A stretch of DNA of 64,000 nt from NCBI GenBank assembly GCA_964016885.1, contig OZ024752.1, positions 30,628,001-30,692,000 on the forward strand. Reading direction: 5' to 3'. Position 1 is the first letter of the stretch. Each line of letters starts with the position of its first letter. This document shows positions 1 to 14,235 of the stretch, one piece after another. This stretch comes from Eledone cirrhosa. Lineage: Eukaryota. Below the pieces are notes generated by a model. It worked only from the letters and a program-made list of their open reading frames with translations. It did not search any database and had not been told where the DNA came from. Position numbers and translations under genes: made by a program.

Positions 1-76
1 GGGAGAGTACTTAGAATCGTGTGCATATATGCATATAAACATATATACATACATACCTACACACACATCAGCAGGC

Positions 77-134
<58 letters not shown>

Positions 135-141
<7 letters not shown>

Positions 142-411
142 AAAAAGGGATGAAATCGAAAATGCAACTGAAGTCTTATTTTTTTTTAAAATATATATAT
201 TTATTTGGTTCCTTTACCGGTTTCGCAGTTCTTCTGCTTTTCAAAAGGTGAGTTGAGATGGAGGGTCTGTAAACCACAGACCCTCCATCTCAACTCACCT
301 TTTGAAAAGCAGAAGAACTGCGAAACCGGTAAAGGAACCAAATAAATATATATATTTTTAAAAAAAATAAGACTTCAGTTGCATTTTCGATTTCATCCCT
401 TTTTCTTTATA
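135..411. repeat. Near-perfect fold-back (~136-bp arms, 5-nt loop) containing hammerhead motifs; Penelope-like terminal remnant
   Basis: 135-270 is the reverse complement of 276-411. (TA)n lies directly on the left and after a ~60-nt tail on the right. Confidence 0.9.
298..335 (+). ncRNA. Minimal type-I hammerhead ribozyme motif (U3-A8 variant); mirror copy on - strand at 211-248
   Basis: CCTT-TTGAAAA-GCAG(AAGAA)CTGC-GAAA-CCGG-T-A-AAGG: stem I CCTT/AAGG, stem II GCAG/CTGC, palindromic stem III ACCGGT, GUA cleavage triplet. Confidence 0.7.
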
Positions 412-466
412 CTTCCACTCGTGTAGGACACCTCGGTTATTTTTCATTTTGTAAAAAAAACCTCAC

Positions 467-526
<60 letters not shown>

Positions 527-657
527 GAAATGTAAATATGTAAATGAAAAGTATAGAAATTATTATGAGCAAGAAGCACACAGTATTTCATTATATATAA
601 AAATAAAGTACCAGTAATGTACTGGTTTATTGATGGCCTTGTGCCAGAAGTAAAAAC

Positions 658-698
<41 letters not shown>

Positions 699-1144
699 GC
701 CTGCTGATGTAAGACACCTGTCAGTAATAGATCTTATAACCGAATTTATCAGTTATTCATTGTTGCTAAAATATATCCTGGCCAACATCCCAAGGTCTGT
801 CGGAGTTAACATATTTTTATATTCATCCATCTTTTTTAAATATATATTTTTGTCAACCTTATTCTAAAAGAATGTGTTACGTAATTGCTTTCTCGATTCA
901 GAGCGTTGATATATATATAACGAAGGAAAGGACGTTGCTGGTTGTTGGTGGTTGCTAGTTATTTACGATATAATTTAGTGCTCAAACCTACATATGCTAT
1001 CTACCCACAGTAGAAGTGATCTTACTGAAATGATGTGATATACTAACAATTACATCTAGAATAGAATAAATGACGAGGTCACAAGCTCAAAAATAAACCT
1101 TAAGACGGTCTCTCTCTCTCACTCTCTCTCTCTTTCTCTCTCAC

Positions 1145-1391
1145 TATATATATATATACACATACATACTTATATGTATATATATATGCACTGTATATAT
1201 ATATATATATATGCACTGTATATGTATATATATATATGCACTGTATATATATGTATATATATATATATATGCACTGTGTATGTATATATATATATGCACT
1301 GTATATGTATATATATATATGCACTGTATATGTATATATATGCACTGTATATGTATATATATGCACTGTATATGTATATATATATGCACTG

Positions 1392-1422
<31 letters not shown>

Positions 1423-1428
1423 GCACTG

Positions 1429-1460
<32 letters not shown>

Positions 1461-1916
1461 TATGCACTGTATATATATATATGCACTGTATATATATATA
1501 TGCACTGTATATATATATATATGCACTGTATATATATATATATATGCACTGTATATATATATATGTATATATATATATATGCACTGTATATGTATATATA
1601 TATATGCACTGTATATGTATATATATATATATATGTATATGCACTGTATATGTATATATATGTATATGCACTGTATATGTATATATATGTATATGCACTG
1701 TATATGTATATATATGTATATGCACTGTATATGTATATATATGTATATGCACTGTATATGTATATATATGTATATGCACTGTATATATATATATATGCAC
1801 TGTATATGTATATATATATATATGCACTGTATATGTATATATATATATATGCACTGTATATGTATATATATATATATGCACTGTATATGTATATATATAT
1901 ATATGCACTGTATATG

Positions 1917-1948
<32 letters not shown>

Positions 1949-2161
1949 TATGCACTGTATATGTATATATATATATGCATATATATATATATATATATGC
2001 ACTGTATATGTATATATATATATATGCACTGTATATGTATATATATATATGCATATATATATATATATATATGCACTGTATATGTATATATATATATGCA
2101 TATATATATACATATATATGCACTGTATATGTATATATATATATGCACTATATATATATAT
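1145..2161. repeat. Compound microsatellite: (TA)n punctuated by GCACTG
   Basis: Directly visible; source of spurious long ORFs. Confidence 0.95.
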
Positions 2162-2449
2162 AGACGCACATACATACGTACATGCTTATATGTGGAGGTG
2201 TGTGTGTGTGATATATATATTGGCCAATAGTAAAGCTGTAGAGGCGGACCACAGCATGTGCTCAGTCGAATGACTGTAAACACTACATAGGGAATATATA
2301 TATATATATATATTAAAGAAGTCATTGCTTTACGCAAATCTGGCTACGGGTTCGGAACTACGCCCTGAACTAAAATCTTGACATCCTACTATTATATTAC
2401 AATAAATAGTTCTCTATTCAACGAGATAACACTTGGAACTGACATGCAT

Positions 2450-2480
<31 letters not shown>

Positions 2481-4277
2481 GTATGTATATATGTAAGTAT
2501 AGTATAAATATATATATTTGTTAAGGAAACCATAAGATTTGAACGTGGGAACACTCGAAACTATACCTCAGAGTGCACACAATACGTGAAAACCCCGCCT
2601 CGAAGAAGAAATAATTAAATTCAAAATACAAAGAAAGACATCAAGGAATTTGTATCAAGTAAAAAAGATGACATCAGCAATGATTAATATTCAGCTTACA
2701 ACATTTGATTACTCAGAGTTTGGACAATCCTCAAGTTGATAACAAACCAGGCTGCGGTAGGTATCCGTTCCACCTACCAGCCAGCAATCTGAGGATGATG
2801 TTTGAGAATTGGCCGTTTTTTATCAGCCGTTAGGGGTAAGAAACTGTCAGGAGAGCGGAACAGCAGAAGGTCTTCAGAGAAGAAACCCCTACACTCTCAA
2901 GCAAGCGTTTCGGCCCAGGAGAGCTGGACAAGAGTAGGTATTTAGAGAAGAACCTCCTCTCCCCCCCCCCCAAACAAGTGTTTAGACTCAGGAGAGCTTT
3001 ACAACAGAAGAAGGTCTTCAGAGAAGAAACCCTCCCCCCAAACAAGTATTTTAGCCAAGGAGAGCTGGACAACAACAGTAGAGAAGAACCCCCTTCTTAG
3101 AACAAGTGTTTCGGCCTTTAACGTTATAAAAAGCGTAAAACAGTCGAGGACATTCATTATAAAGTACCAACAGCTGTTGGGGTGTGACTGTTGAATATAT
3201 ATTAATTTCTTCCGTTTGTTACAGAACACATTGGTTAGTAGGGAAGGAATAATATAAAAGATTGTCAACGTTGGTGTGGTTTGACTTCAAATAGTAAACA
3301 GATCTAACCAGATTACTAGGCGCCATTCTGAGTTCAAATCCCGTCGAGGTTAACTTTGCCTTTCATCCTTACGGGGTCGATAAAATAGAGTACCAGTAAT
3401 GTACTGGGTAATTACTGGCCTTGTGCCAAAAGTAGAAACAATTATGTCTCGGTGGTCTAGTAGTAGGTATTAGACTCAGTAGAAAACTTGGTCTTGGGTT
3501 CAATCCTGGTCAGGAGCTACACATAGGCGGGGGAGGGGGTCTTACTATTTAATAACGAAATTATTATGTTAGCAATTTCTAAATTCCGCCTAGGTTAGCT
3601 TTACCTTGCATCCTTGCGGATGCCAGGGATGCCAGCAACGCACTGGGATCGATTTAAACGATTTTACCCTTCCCCGAACAACATTGTTCTAGTTATATCG
3701 TTTCGGAACGTAGTCGTTTGGTCTGCAAGAAATAGTAGCCAAATTTCCTTTAGATAATAAATGTACTTCCGCCTTTAGAATAATATCTAAAAATACATTA
3801 TATAATCTAGTATTAGATACAGTTTTAAAAAATAATAATAAATGTGATCGCCATTGTTGGAACGCTTTTGAACATAGGTCTGTTGAATGAGTGTCGACCT
3901 GGGGTTAAACAACAACAACAACTAACGTATTTTAACGTTTGGAAATATTAATCAACAACGGGACTAATCATTTAAATCGTGCTGATAGTATCTGTTGTTT
4001 CGTTTACTGTGTGATCTAATGGCCGAGATTGAGGGAGTGGAAGAGACAGATATATATATATACTGCAATAACTGGTGTTTGTCTTCTGGTGTCAATATCT
4101 AAGAAATACTTGTATAATGTGATTTGTAAAATAACAACGACGACATTACTTCTGAAGAGGTGCAGTAATCTCGCTACCGCCACCAACACCACCACATATA
4201 CACAAGAACCAAAATATACGTAAATACGCACATATACACACACGCGCACATACTGTACCGTTTGTTTTGTTATTTCT

Positions 4278-4312
<35 letters not shown>

Positions 4313-4528
4313 AACGATCGACTTTTTTGTCAAATCGGACCGAGGGAACAATGTTTCCGTTGGTCTTTCCAATTGCTAATACTATCTATCGGTCGCAACT
4401 CCAGGTAGAAGGAGCAACGTGAAATAAAGTGTCTTGCTCAAGGACATAACCCATCGCCTGGTCCAGGAATCGAACTCACAACCTTACGATTGCGAATACA
4501 ATTCTCTAACCACCCAGCCACACGCCTT

Positions 4529-4575
4529 TATATATATATATATATACACATATATATATATATATACACATATAT

Positions 4576-4631
<56 letters not shown>

Positions 4632-4644
4632 GTGTATATATATA

Positions 4645-4677
<33 letters not shown>

Positions 4678-4732
4678 GTGTATATATATATATATATGTG
4701 TATATATATATATATATGTGTATATATATATA

Positions 4733-4799
<67 letters not shown>

Positions 4800-5618
4800 A
4801 TATATATATATATATGTGTGTATATATATATATATATGTGTGTATATATATATATATATGTGTGTATATATATATATGTGTGTATATATATATGTGTATA
4901 TATATATGTGTATATATATGTGTATATATATATGTGTATATATATATGTGTATATATATATGTGTATATATATATGTGTATATATATGTGTATATATATA
5001 TGTGTGTATATATATATGTGTGTATATATATATGTGTATATATATATGTGTATATATATGTGTGTATATATATGTGTATATATATGTGTATATATATATG
5101 TGTATATATATGTGTATATATATATGTGTATATATAAATGTGTATATATATATATGTGTGTATATATATATATGTGTATATATATATATGTGTATATATA
5201 TATATGTGTATATATATATGTGTATATATATATATGTGTATATATATATGTGTATATATATATGTGTACATATATATGTGTGTATATATATGTGTATATA
5301 TATATGTGTGTATATATATATGTGTATATATATATGTGTGTATATATATATGTGTGTATATATATATGTGTGTATATATATATGTGTATATATATATATG
5401 TGTATATATATATATGTGTATATATATATATGTGTGTATATATATATGTGTGTATATATATATATGTGTGTATATATATATGTGTGTATATATATATATG
5501 TGTGTATATATATATATGTGTATATATATATATGTGTATATATATATATATGTGTATATATATATATATATGTGTATATATATATATATGTGTATATATA
5601 TATATGTGTATATATATA

Positions 5619-5659
<41 letters not shown>

Positions 5660-5954
5660 ATATATGTGTGTATATATATATGTGTATATATATATGTGTG
5701 TATATATATATGTGTGTATATATATATGTGTGTATATATATATGTGTGTATATATATATGTGTGTATATATATATGTGTGTATATATATGTGTGTATATA
5801 TATGTGTGTATATATATGTGTATATATATATATGTGTATATATATATGTGTATATATATATGTGTATATATATATATATATGTGTATATATATATATATG
5901 TGTATATATATATATATGTGTATATATATATATATGTGTATATATATATATATA

Positions 5955-5993
<39 letters not shown>

Positions 5994-6460
5994 ATATATG
6001 TGTGTATATATATGTGTATATATATATGTGTGTATATATGTGTGTATATATATATGTGTATATATATATGTGTGTATATATATGTGTGTATATATATATG
6101 TGTATATATATATGTGTGTGTATATATATATGTGTGTATATATATGTGTGTATATATGTGTGTGTATATATGTGTGTATATATATGTGTGTGTATATATG
6201 TGTGTATATATATATGTGTGTATATATATGTGTGTATATATGTGTGTATATATATGTGTATATATATATGTGTATATATATACGTGTATATATATATATG
6301 TGTATATATATATGTGTATATATATACGTGTATATATATATATGTGTATATATATGTGTGTATATATATGTGTGTATATATGTGTGTGTGTATATATATA
6401 TGTGTATATGTATATATATATATATATATACACTCTTATATACATACATATACACATATA
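4529..6460. repeat. 1.9-kb (TA)n/(TG)n compound microsatellite
   Basis: Directly visible. Confidence 0.95.
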
Positions 6461-7048
6461 TTGTTAGCTATCAATTAAGTAAAGAAATTACAATTGACAC
6501 TCTTATTAGAGCCAATTTCGTTTCAAATAACCGTATTTATCACTATTTGTGTTTACAGTCTAAGTAATTAACAATAGCTACCAAACAAATCTACTTTAGT
6601 TCAGTTTTATTTTTCCTTTTTCGCTAAAGCTAACCTACTTCGTGTCTTCTTCATTAGGCAAACAATTTTCTTAAAGCCAAGCTATATGTGGGGCAAAAAT
6701 TAGATGGGCTTGGTTAAATGTTTTAATTTATACGCCAGGCTAAATTAAGTATGCTTAAATAGATATTATGAATTTATTTATTTACCCTTTTTTAGCAGGG
6801 TAAGGGGCAGAGGAGGTAGGGCAACGTGCGTGGTTCCTTTGTATTATTTTCAGATCCTTCGAAACTAGTTGAAAGAAAGGAGCAAGTGATCTTCAAACCT
6901 TGCCCCAAAAGCTTCCAGCAGACTGATGTCCGATAAAGGCACTCAATGGTTAGCTAGGTAGTTGTGGTACCCTCTGCCATACGTATTGAGTACTACCAAC
7001 TGTTTAATAAAGAAGAAATGTCAACGAATTAAGAGAGTAATTTCGGAA

Positions 7049-7582
7049 GGTGGTGATGGTGGTTGTGGTGGTGGTGTTGTTGTTGTTGGTGGTGGTGTTA
7101 TTGTTGTTGGTGGTGGCGATGGTGATGGTAGTGCTGGTGCTGCTGGTTGTTGTTGTGGTGGTGATTGTTGTGTTGATGATAATGGTGATGCTGGTGGTGA
7201 TTGTTGTGTTGATGATAATGGTGATGCTGGTGGTGATTGTTGTGTTGATGATAATGCTGGTGTGGTGATGATGATGGTGTTGGTGTATTGAATGGTGCTG
7301 GTGCAGGTAGTGGTGGTTGTTGTGGTGATGATGATGGTGGTGGTGTGGTGATTGTGATAGTGCTGGTGTAGTGGTTGTGGTGATTCTTGTGGTGGTGTGG
7401 TGGTTGTTGTGGTGGTGGTGGTGGTGGTGGTGATTGTTGTGGTGCTGCTGGTGATGGTGATTGTGGTTGTGGTGGTGCTGGTGCTGGTGTGGTGGTTGTG
7501 GTGGTGCTGGTGTGGTGGTTGTGGTGTTGCTGTTGTTGTGGTGGTGGTGGTGGTGGTTGTTATGGTGATGATGATGGTGGTG
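7049..7582. repeat. Degenerate (GGT/GTT/GAT)n trinucleotide tract
   Basis: Directly visible. Confidence 0.92.
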
Positions 7583-8516
7583 AACTGAATGACATTGGCA
7601 ACAAATAATGGTTACTTAATTAAGATTTATATTTTTGTTGAAGAAAGAAAAATACTTAGGTATTGTTAACGACTCTCAAAAAAGAGAGGGGGTGTAATTT
7701 CAATAAATTAAGAATTAAATTCACATAAAATTTAATACTCTTGCTTTGAAGGAAAAAGCTAATCTTCACAGGCAAGGGGTGATAATTACGAACAGATTTC
7801 GGTCTTATAAAACTTCGTCAGCAAACATATGTTTACAATCAGAAAAAAAAAATGGCATTCATTAGAAATATATATATATGGTGTGTGTGAATGTATATAT
7901 GTATATGGTGGCTGCCAACTCGTTTTCGAGTACGACCACTACTTTATATCCATGTAGGAGAACCCCTACCGATGCGCTGAATGAGTGTGACTTTTTAGTC
8001 CAACCAGCGACTTGAAAACTCTGGTACAAACACTACACTTGTGACAATTATTGACACATAGTGCTTTACCTTTGGTACCATGTGACAACAAGTGCAGAGA
8101 GATCTCCAGATACAAAGCAATGCCTGTGCCGTGAAGCTTTTATAGTGAGCAAAGGCACTGCACAAAGCCAGTCCCACTCTCTTAACCAAGATGATATTTA
8201 CCAAAAAGAAGAACAAGTCAACATCATTGTACAACCTGTCTCATGGTCGGGTCGTTGGCGACTAAACTGGCAACCCCACCAAGGTTTCTTGGTGAGGAGG
8301 GTGACTTTGGACATCCTGCAGGACTAAAAACAAAACCTGTCAAAGGGCAAAGGTGCTCTTAAGAGTCAATGGCCATCCAAAATCACTGGGAGAGATGACC
8401 CCTTAGCCTTTGTCAGGGCAGAATTCTAGGAGAAGGAAAACTCTGATATAACACCTGCAACCCTGATGGTATCCAATATATGTATATACATATATACATT
8501 CACACATATATATAGA

Positions 8517-9150
8517 CGAGGGTGGGCTGACTATGAAAGAGTGATGCTGGAGCTGTGAAATCTTGCATGCATTAATTTCAGCTCTTCTTATTAATAACTG
8601 CATTGTTTCTTTTCAGGGACTATGTTGAAAAATAAACCTCATTTGGTCATTCCATGAGAGTATCTTGGTCAGTCTATGAACTTTTCAGCCGACTCTCATA
8701 CACACGCATACATATATATATATATATACAGACGAAGGTGGCCTGGAAAGTTCAAAAGCTAACTATGAAAGAGTGATGCTAGAGCTGTGAAATCATGGAT
8801 TATGTTGAAAAACCTCATTTGCTCATTCCATGAGAGTATCTTGGTCAGCCTGTGGAGGGTGATTCTAGAGCTGTGAAATCATCCATGCATTAATTTCAGG
8901 GACTTGTTGAAAAATAAACCTCATTTGGTCATTCCAGCCGACCCTCATACACACGCATACATATATATATATATATATATATATACAGATGAGGGTGGCC
9001 TGGAAAGTTCAGAAGCTGACTATGAAAGAGTGATGCTAGGGCTGTGAAATCATGCATGCATTCATGGATTATGTTGAAAAATAAGCCTCATTTGGTCATT
9101 CCATGAGAGTATCTTGGTCAACCTATAACCGATTCGCATCCGACCTACAT
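8517..9150. mobile_element. Tandem cluster of three Tc1/mariner-like MITE copies
   Basis: Repeated GAGGGTGGCCTGGAAAGTTC..GACTATGAAAGAGTGATGCTAGAGCTGTGAAATC..GAACTTTTCAGCCGAC. Other copies at ~45598-45775, 47857-48058 and 55756-55950. Confidence 0.75.
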
Positions 9151-9465
9151 ATACAACAACCATAATACTCTTTCTGTTTATTTAAACTTCAATGTCCTTG
9201 TTCTTTTCACCAGATCACAGCTGATATGGCTGTTGGGAAAGGAAACACTTGCAGCTTATGAAATCATGTTTATTTTTAGACCAGCATTTGTCTTTTTTTG
9301 TTTTGTTTTATTTGATATTTAAGTGGTGGAGTTTATTTTAAATGTGTAAAGAAGTGCTTGTGACAGTGGGACTAACAATAGATATGAGGGTTGGCTGAAA
9401 AGTTCATAGGCTGCTGCTTACTATCATAGAAGCAGGAGTGTTTTCAGGTGGTTTGGACCATAACT

Positions 9466-10294
9466 TAACCCTTTAGCATTTATATTACTCTATATTGATT
9501 AATGTTCAGAGCCATCCTCAGCATTTTCGTGTAGCACCTATCCACCATCTGAGTGAGTTTTTTGGTCAGTGTCCAAGTCTCAGACCCGTACAGCAGCACA
9601 GACTCCACCGTAGCAATGAAGAGATGGATCTTCGGGTCTTTACGAAGGTCCGACTTCCACACCGATCTCAAGCTGTGGCACACCGCCCAGACTTCTTTGT
9701 GCTTCTTCTCGACCACATCATCTTCCGTATTCCCAATCTTTGCTCCCAAATACAGGAAGTCCTCAACCAATTCTAGTGGCTTCCCGCCTACATTAGTAAT
9801 CTTTTCTGGCTTCTTAATCAGTATACACTGTGGATGAAGAGCTCAGAGCTGTATGGGAGCCTACCAAAAGTCAGTTCAAGAGTAGCACAGAGAAGACTGA
9901 GGTTAGTTGGACATGCTCACTGACATCCAGAGTTGACACTGCACTCAGTGCTCCTGTCAGAGCCGCTGCATGGACACACTGGAAGAGAAAGACCGAGGTT
10001 AACATATGTTGATGCCCTAAGGACAGACACTGGTCTCCTGGAGACGCAGTATATGGCAGCGATAATGAGGACAGAGACCGCTGGAGTGAACTCGTCCATG
10101 GATCTCGGGGAATTTTACCTGCCCGAGATATCACTATATATTTACTATTATATTTTCATGGTAAAGTCTTTACCTCACATAATATTGAGATTTTGATATT
10201 ATTTATTTTGAGAACAGTATGAGTGGCCAGTTACAGCCGGTTTGAGCAGAAAGGGGCGAGAGAATTCTGGCCAGTTTAAATGCTAAAGGGTTAA
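9466..10294. mobile_element. piggyBac-like MITE (TTAA target, CCCTTTAGCATTTA TIRs), interrupted by a LINE fragment
   Basis: TTAACCCTTTAGCATTTA...TAAATGCTAAAGGGTTAA. Uninterrupted copies at ~42798-43013, 54868-55096 and 61500-61690. Confidence 0.85.
9495..10128. mobile_element. RTE-like LINE 3' fragment with a 5' inversion, inserted in a MITE
   Basis: 9495-9830 encodes FLYLGAKIG..ESVLLYGSETWTLTK..LRMALNI on -. 9830-10128 encodes the continuation ELYGSLPKVS..RRLRLVGH..GRERPRLTYVD on +. Confidence 0.85.
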
Positions 10295-11005
10295 CAGGTT
10301 TCTACATAAAATTATGATGGAAGGTTTTTTAGATGAATATAAACACTTTAAAATAAACAGTTTACTATCATAGAAGCAGGGATGTTTTCGGGTGGTTTGG
10401 AACATAACTTAACAAAGGTTTTTACATAAAATTATGATGTAAGTTTTTTAGATAAATATAAACAGCCTATTTCTGCTTTATCCTACACATTGGTACTTGT
10501 TGCCTATTGATACATGTAGGCTATTTCTGCTTGATCCAACACAATCCATTCTTCCTTATTAACAGTGGAACTAACTAATTCCTGCTTCAACTAAGTGGTT
10601 GGTAGCAGTGTGGTTTATATATATTCATTTTCTGCATGATCAAGGAACTATCATATCATCTTATTGAACACTTACTCACTTAAATGCACACATGTAACCT
10701 CTGGTCACACTGTATCACACAACAGTGACCACATGGCACAGCAAGCTACAAGTGAGCACACACGCAACAAACGAATCAACACCACAACACAATCATCAAC
10801 TCGCCACCTCAACCAAACAAATAATAGCTATGTGGTGACTAATAAGAACATATAATATAACAATTCCTGGTTCTTTTAAAAATATATTGAGCCATAAGTG
10901 AAGAAGGCATTTGAAGGTTTTTTGCAACTGAAATCTTTCTTGTTTTGCATTCTTTAAAAATTTGTCTACCTGATCTTGGCCATTTCATGACATTGCTATA
11001 TGCAT

Positions 11006-11224
11006 CAGGCTTGTCAAACTGATGGTCTCTCGAGGGCCACATGGGTCACATATGTGTTGTCTGAGGGCCACACACGACAAGTGATGGCGCACATTACAAC
11101 TAATTTTTTTAATTTTATATTACAAAGATAAATCATGCTTGCACTCTAAAAGCCTTTGAGCGAGCCGCAGGTATGCTTGTAAAGGGCCGCATGCGGCCCG
11201 TGGGTCGCATTTTTGAGATGCCTG
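11006..11224. mobile_element. hAT-like MITE
   Basis: Ends CAGGCTTGTCAAA / TTTGAGATGCCTG. 8-bp flanks ATATGCAT / ATATACAT resemble a TSD. Confidence 0.7.
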
Positions 11225-11284
11225 ATATACATGGTATACTATCTTTCCTGTATATATCTATATGAGTATACACTCTCTGTATAA

Positions 11285-11331
<47 letters not shown>

Positions 11332-12399
11332 TATACTCTCTCCTTACATTATTCTATGTACTATACATGCACATTTGATGAATTGTAGTGTACCTGAGCA
11401 CTGTACACAATCATTTCATTATTGTTATTATATATATCTATATTAGTATATCTCTCCTCTATCATCATTTCATTTTACGTCCACTTTTCCCTGCTTGCAA
11501 GGGTGGGACGGGAACTGATTCTGGCTTGATTTCTACAGCTGGATGCCCTTCCTAACACCAACCTCATTTACAGTGAGTGCTGGGTGCTTTTTTGCCGTGG
11601 CACCTCCACGACCACTTTGCAGTGGAATGATAGGGACCCCAGTCCTATCATCTCATTTCTACAGCTGAGTAAACTGGAGCAATGTGAAATAAAGTTTCTT
11701 GCTCAAGGAAACAACACATCACCCGGTCTGAGAATTGAACTCACAACCTTTCAATTGCAAGGCCAATGCTCTAACCACTAAGCCATGTGCCTCCATTGCA
11801 AGGCCAATGCTCTAACCACTATATATATATCTATTAATATACTCTCTCCTATATTTGCCCTTCATACACACAGTTGAAGAATATTAACAGTTCAGCATTA
11901 AACTGGTTAACTGACAAATTTACCTGTTGCTTACGTAACACAGGTATACATGTATATACACATATTCATACATACACACTCACATGCACACATTCACATG
12001 CTTACACCCACATGCAAGTTCTGCTTTAAATCTGGGACAAAAATATCATTTCATACCTGCTAACTTACTTACTTTGGCAGTTTTCCTAATTTCTGTTCCA
12101 TTTCTTGACTCAGAACAGTAAGTTAATATTCTGGTGAGAGGAACTTTCCTTTGTTCCAATAACTTTGCAATTTAGGTAAGTGGCATAAAAATTCCGTTGC
12201 CATTTTTATGGTTCTATTTTAACTTATAGCCTTTCTTTATGGTTACCATTTGCTCTTAATGTAAGCAGATACTTTCTAGGTTTTTTTCCAACATTTAAAA
12301 ACTCATGGATGTCTTAAAGGTTGTCTATTTATTACTTATGGCCTGCAGTGACTACTTCTTTTTTATTTATTTATCTATTTATTATTTTTACATTACTTG

Positions 12400-12735
12400 A
12401 TAGAGTTCATAGCTCGAAGATTAGAGACTCACTCCAGGTAGAGATGCTACTTCTCCAACTTGAGAGATCATAGCTCCGATACTAGGGACATGTGGTTAGA
12501 ATGTCTTAGGAAAGAATCGCTGGACAGATTTTATGAGCAAAACCACCTGGTAGGAGACCCAGGGGTAGACCACCGAGCAAGATAGTTGGTTAACATCCAT
12601 GAGCTTGGCTGGTCATGCTTGGGGATCCAGCCGGATCAGTTGGAAATGGTTGTTTCTGATAGGACCTACTGGAAGGAGTGTTTGAGGACTCTTCCCCTAC
12701 AACCCTTTCAGGAATAAGTGGGCAAAGAAAAAGAA
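12400..12735 (+). mobile_element. Decayed RTE-like LINE 3' end (related pieces at 31760-31965 + and 44645-44795 -)
   Basis: Encodes LQVEMLLLQLER..GHVVRMS..GRRPRGRP-like remnants; nucleotide similarity among the three loci. Confidence 0.65.
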
Positions 12736-13158
12736 TAAGATTTATTATTTTTTGTAGTATTAAAATTTAGTCATTGCTGTATAATTAAGAAGTTTGTTTC
12801 ACATCCTGATTCCATGAGTCTTTTAATATAGTCTCAAGTTGACCAATATGTTTGTTTATGTCCTGCAGAAACAAAACAGTTCAATGTCTTGAAAGAACAT
12901 GTTTAATAACATAGTCCTGGATTCCTGCAGATAGGAAGAAGACTAAGATGGTTACAACAGGAATGTCTTTAATCATAAGTCTCGTGAATCAACCTTATGC
13001 AATGAGAGCCTACTACACAGACAACATTCACTGTCTAAGTCTAATCTCGTTGAAATCATCTCTCCAAGGCTGCATTGAGTTCTAACAATGTTATTGGTTC
13101 CTCACTAAACCGGTGGATACCAGTTTATATATATATATATAATAAAACACACTCTCTT

Positions 13159-13202
<44 letters not shown>

Positions 13203-13735
13203 AAATGTAATCTGAGTTTTTCGAATATTAATAATAATATTCGATTCGTTTGCAATTATGCAAACAAGCCTCATTTTTAAAGCCATGTCAGTAGAATGAA
13301 CTCCTCATTCTTGTTCTTGTGTTGGCATGTAAACAGAACTGCAGACACTAATGTTTCTGGGTATCACCCTTTATCAGTACAGCTCACTGTTCACCTGCCA
13401 ACTGTCAGAGCTAGTGAAAATATATGCTATTTTTTCGAAAATATACAATGACTGATCGGCCTGATTTGCATATTAGCAGACTGGCTGATCAGTCAGAGAT
13501 CTGCATATTAGCAGATCCACCGATCAACCAGATTTGCATATCAGCAGACTGGCCAATCACTTTCCTGTATACGAGGGATAAATGGCCGGCTTTGCCACAT
13601 TCAAATAAAAAAAATTTTTTCACTCTACATGGCTGAATACAATAAATGTAAATATATATATATATTTATATATATATATATATATAGCTTTATATCCAGC
13701 TGTGGCTACTTCTATTTTTACCAACAGATATTTAC

Positions 13736-13766
<31 letters not shown>

Positions 13767-13773
13767 AGACACA

Positions 13774-13808
<35 letters not shown>

Positions 13809-13922
13809 AGAATCAGTGTTGCATCATATACATATATTAGTACTATTGATACTCTGCTCCCCAGGAACATTGAGTGATCACCCGGCATACCACCAAGGAC
13901 GCAATTAACTTGCACCTTAACA

Positions 13923-13962
<40 letters not shown>

Positions 13963-14235
13963 CAAGGTTTAGCAAATAAGGAAAAAGTTTCAAAATAAAT
14001 TTTTTAAATTAACTGTTTCTACTTTTGGCACAAGGCTAGCAATTACCCAGTGCATTACTGGTACTTTATTTTATCGACCCCGTAAGGATGAAAGGCAAAG
14101 TCAACCTCGGCGGGATTTGAACTCAGACCGTAAAGGGACGTAACTATGCTGGAAAGCATGGCGTCCGACCCTCTACCGATACTGCCAATCCACCAATTTT
14201 TTAAATTAACATTACCTACTATAGATATATATATA

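Noticed and set aside
4020-4225. Possible non-coding first exon of the TP53INP-like gene (also ~12060-12175)
   Set aside because: Only donor-like words and composition support it; cannot be established without transcript data.
1100-6567. Long ORFs of 200-677 aa in all frames (IYIYIY/YVCIY)
   Set aside because: Translations of (TA)n/(TG)n microsatellites, which lack stop codons. The same applies at ~20 kb, 23-24.5 kb and 43.5-44.2 kb.
6962-7608. Gly/Val/Cys-rich ORFs
   Set aside because: Trinucleotide (GGT/GTT/GAT)n tract; no splice or homology support.
7785-7830. CTGACGA..GAAA hammerhead-like motif on the - strand
   Set aside because: Stems I and III pair poorly; at best a decayed remnant. 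Likewise CTGAAGA at ~56698 and CTGATGAG at ~45143.
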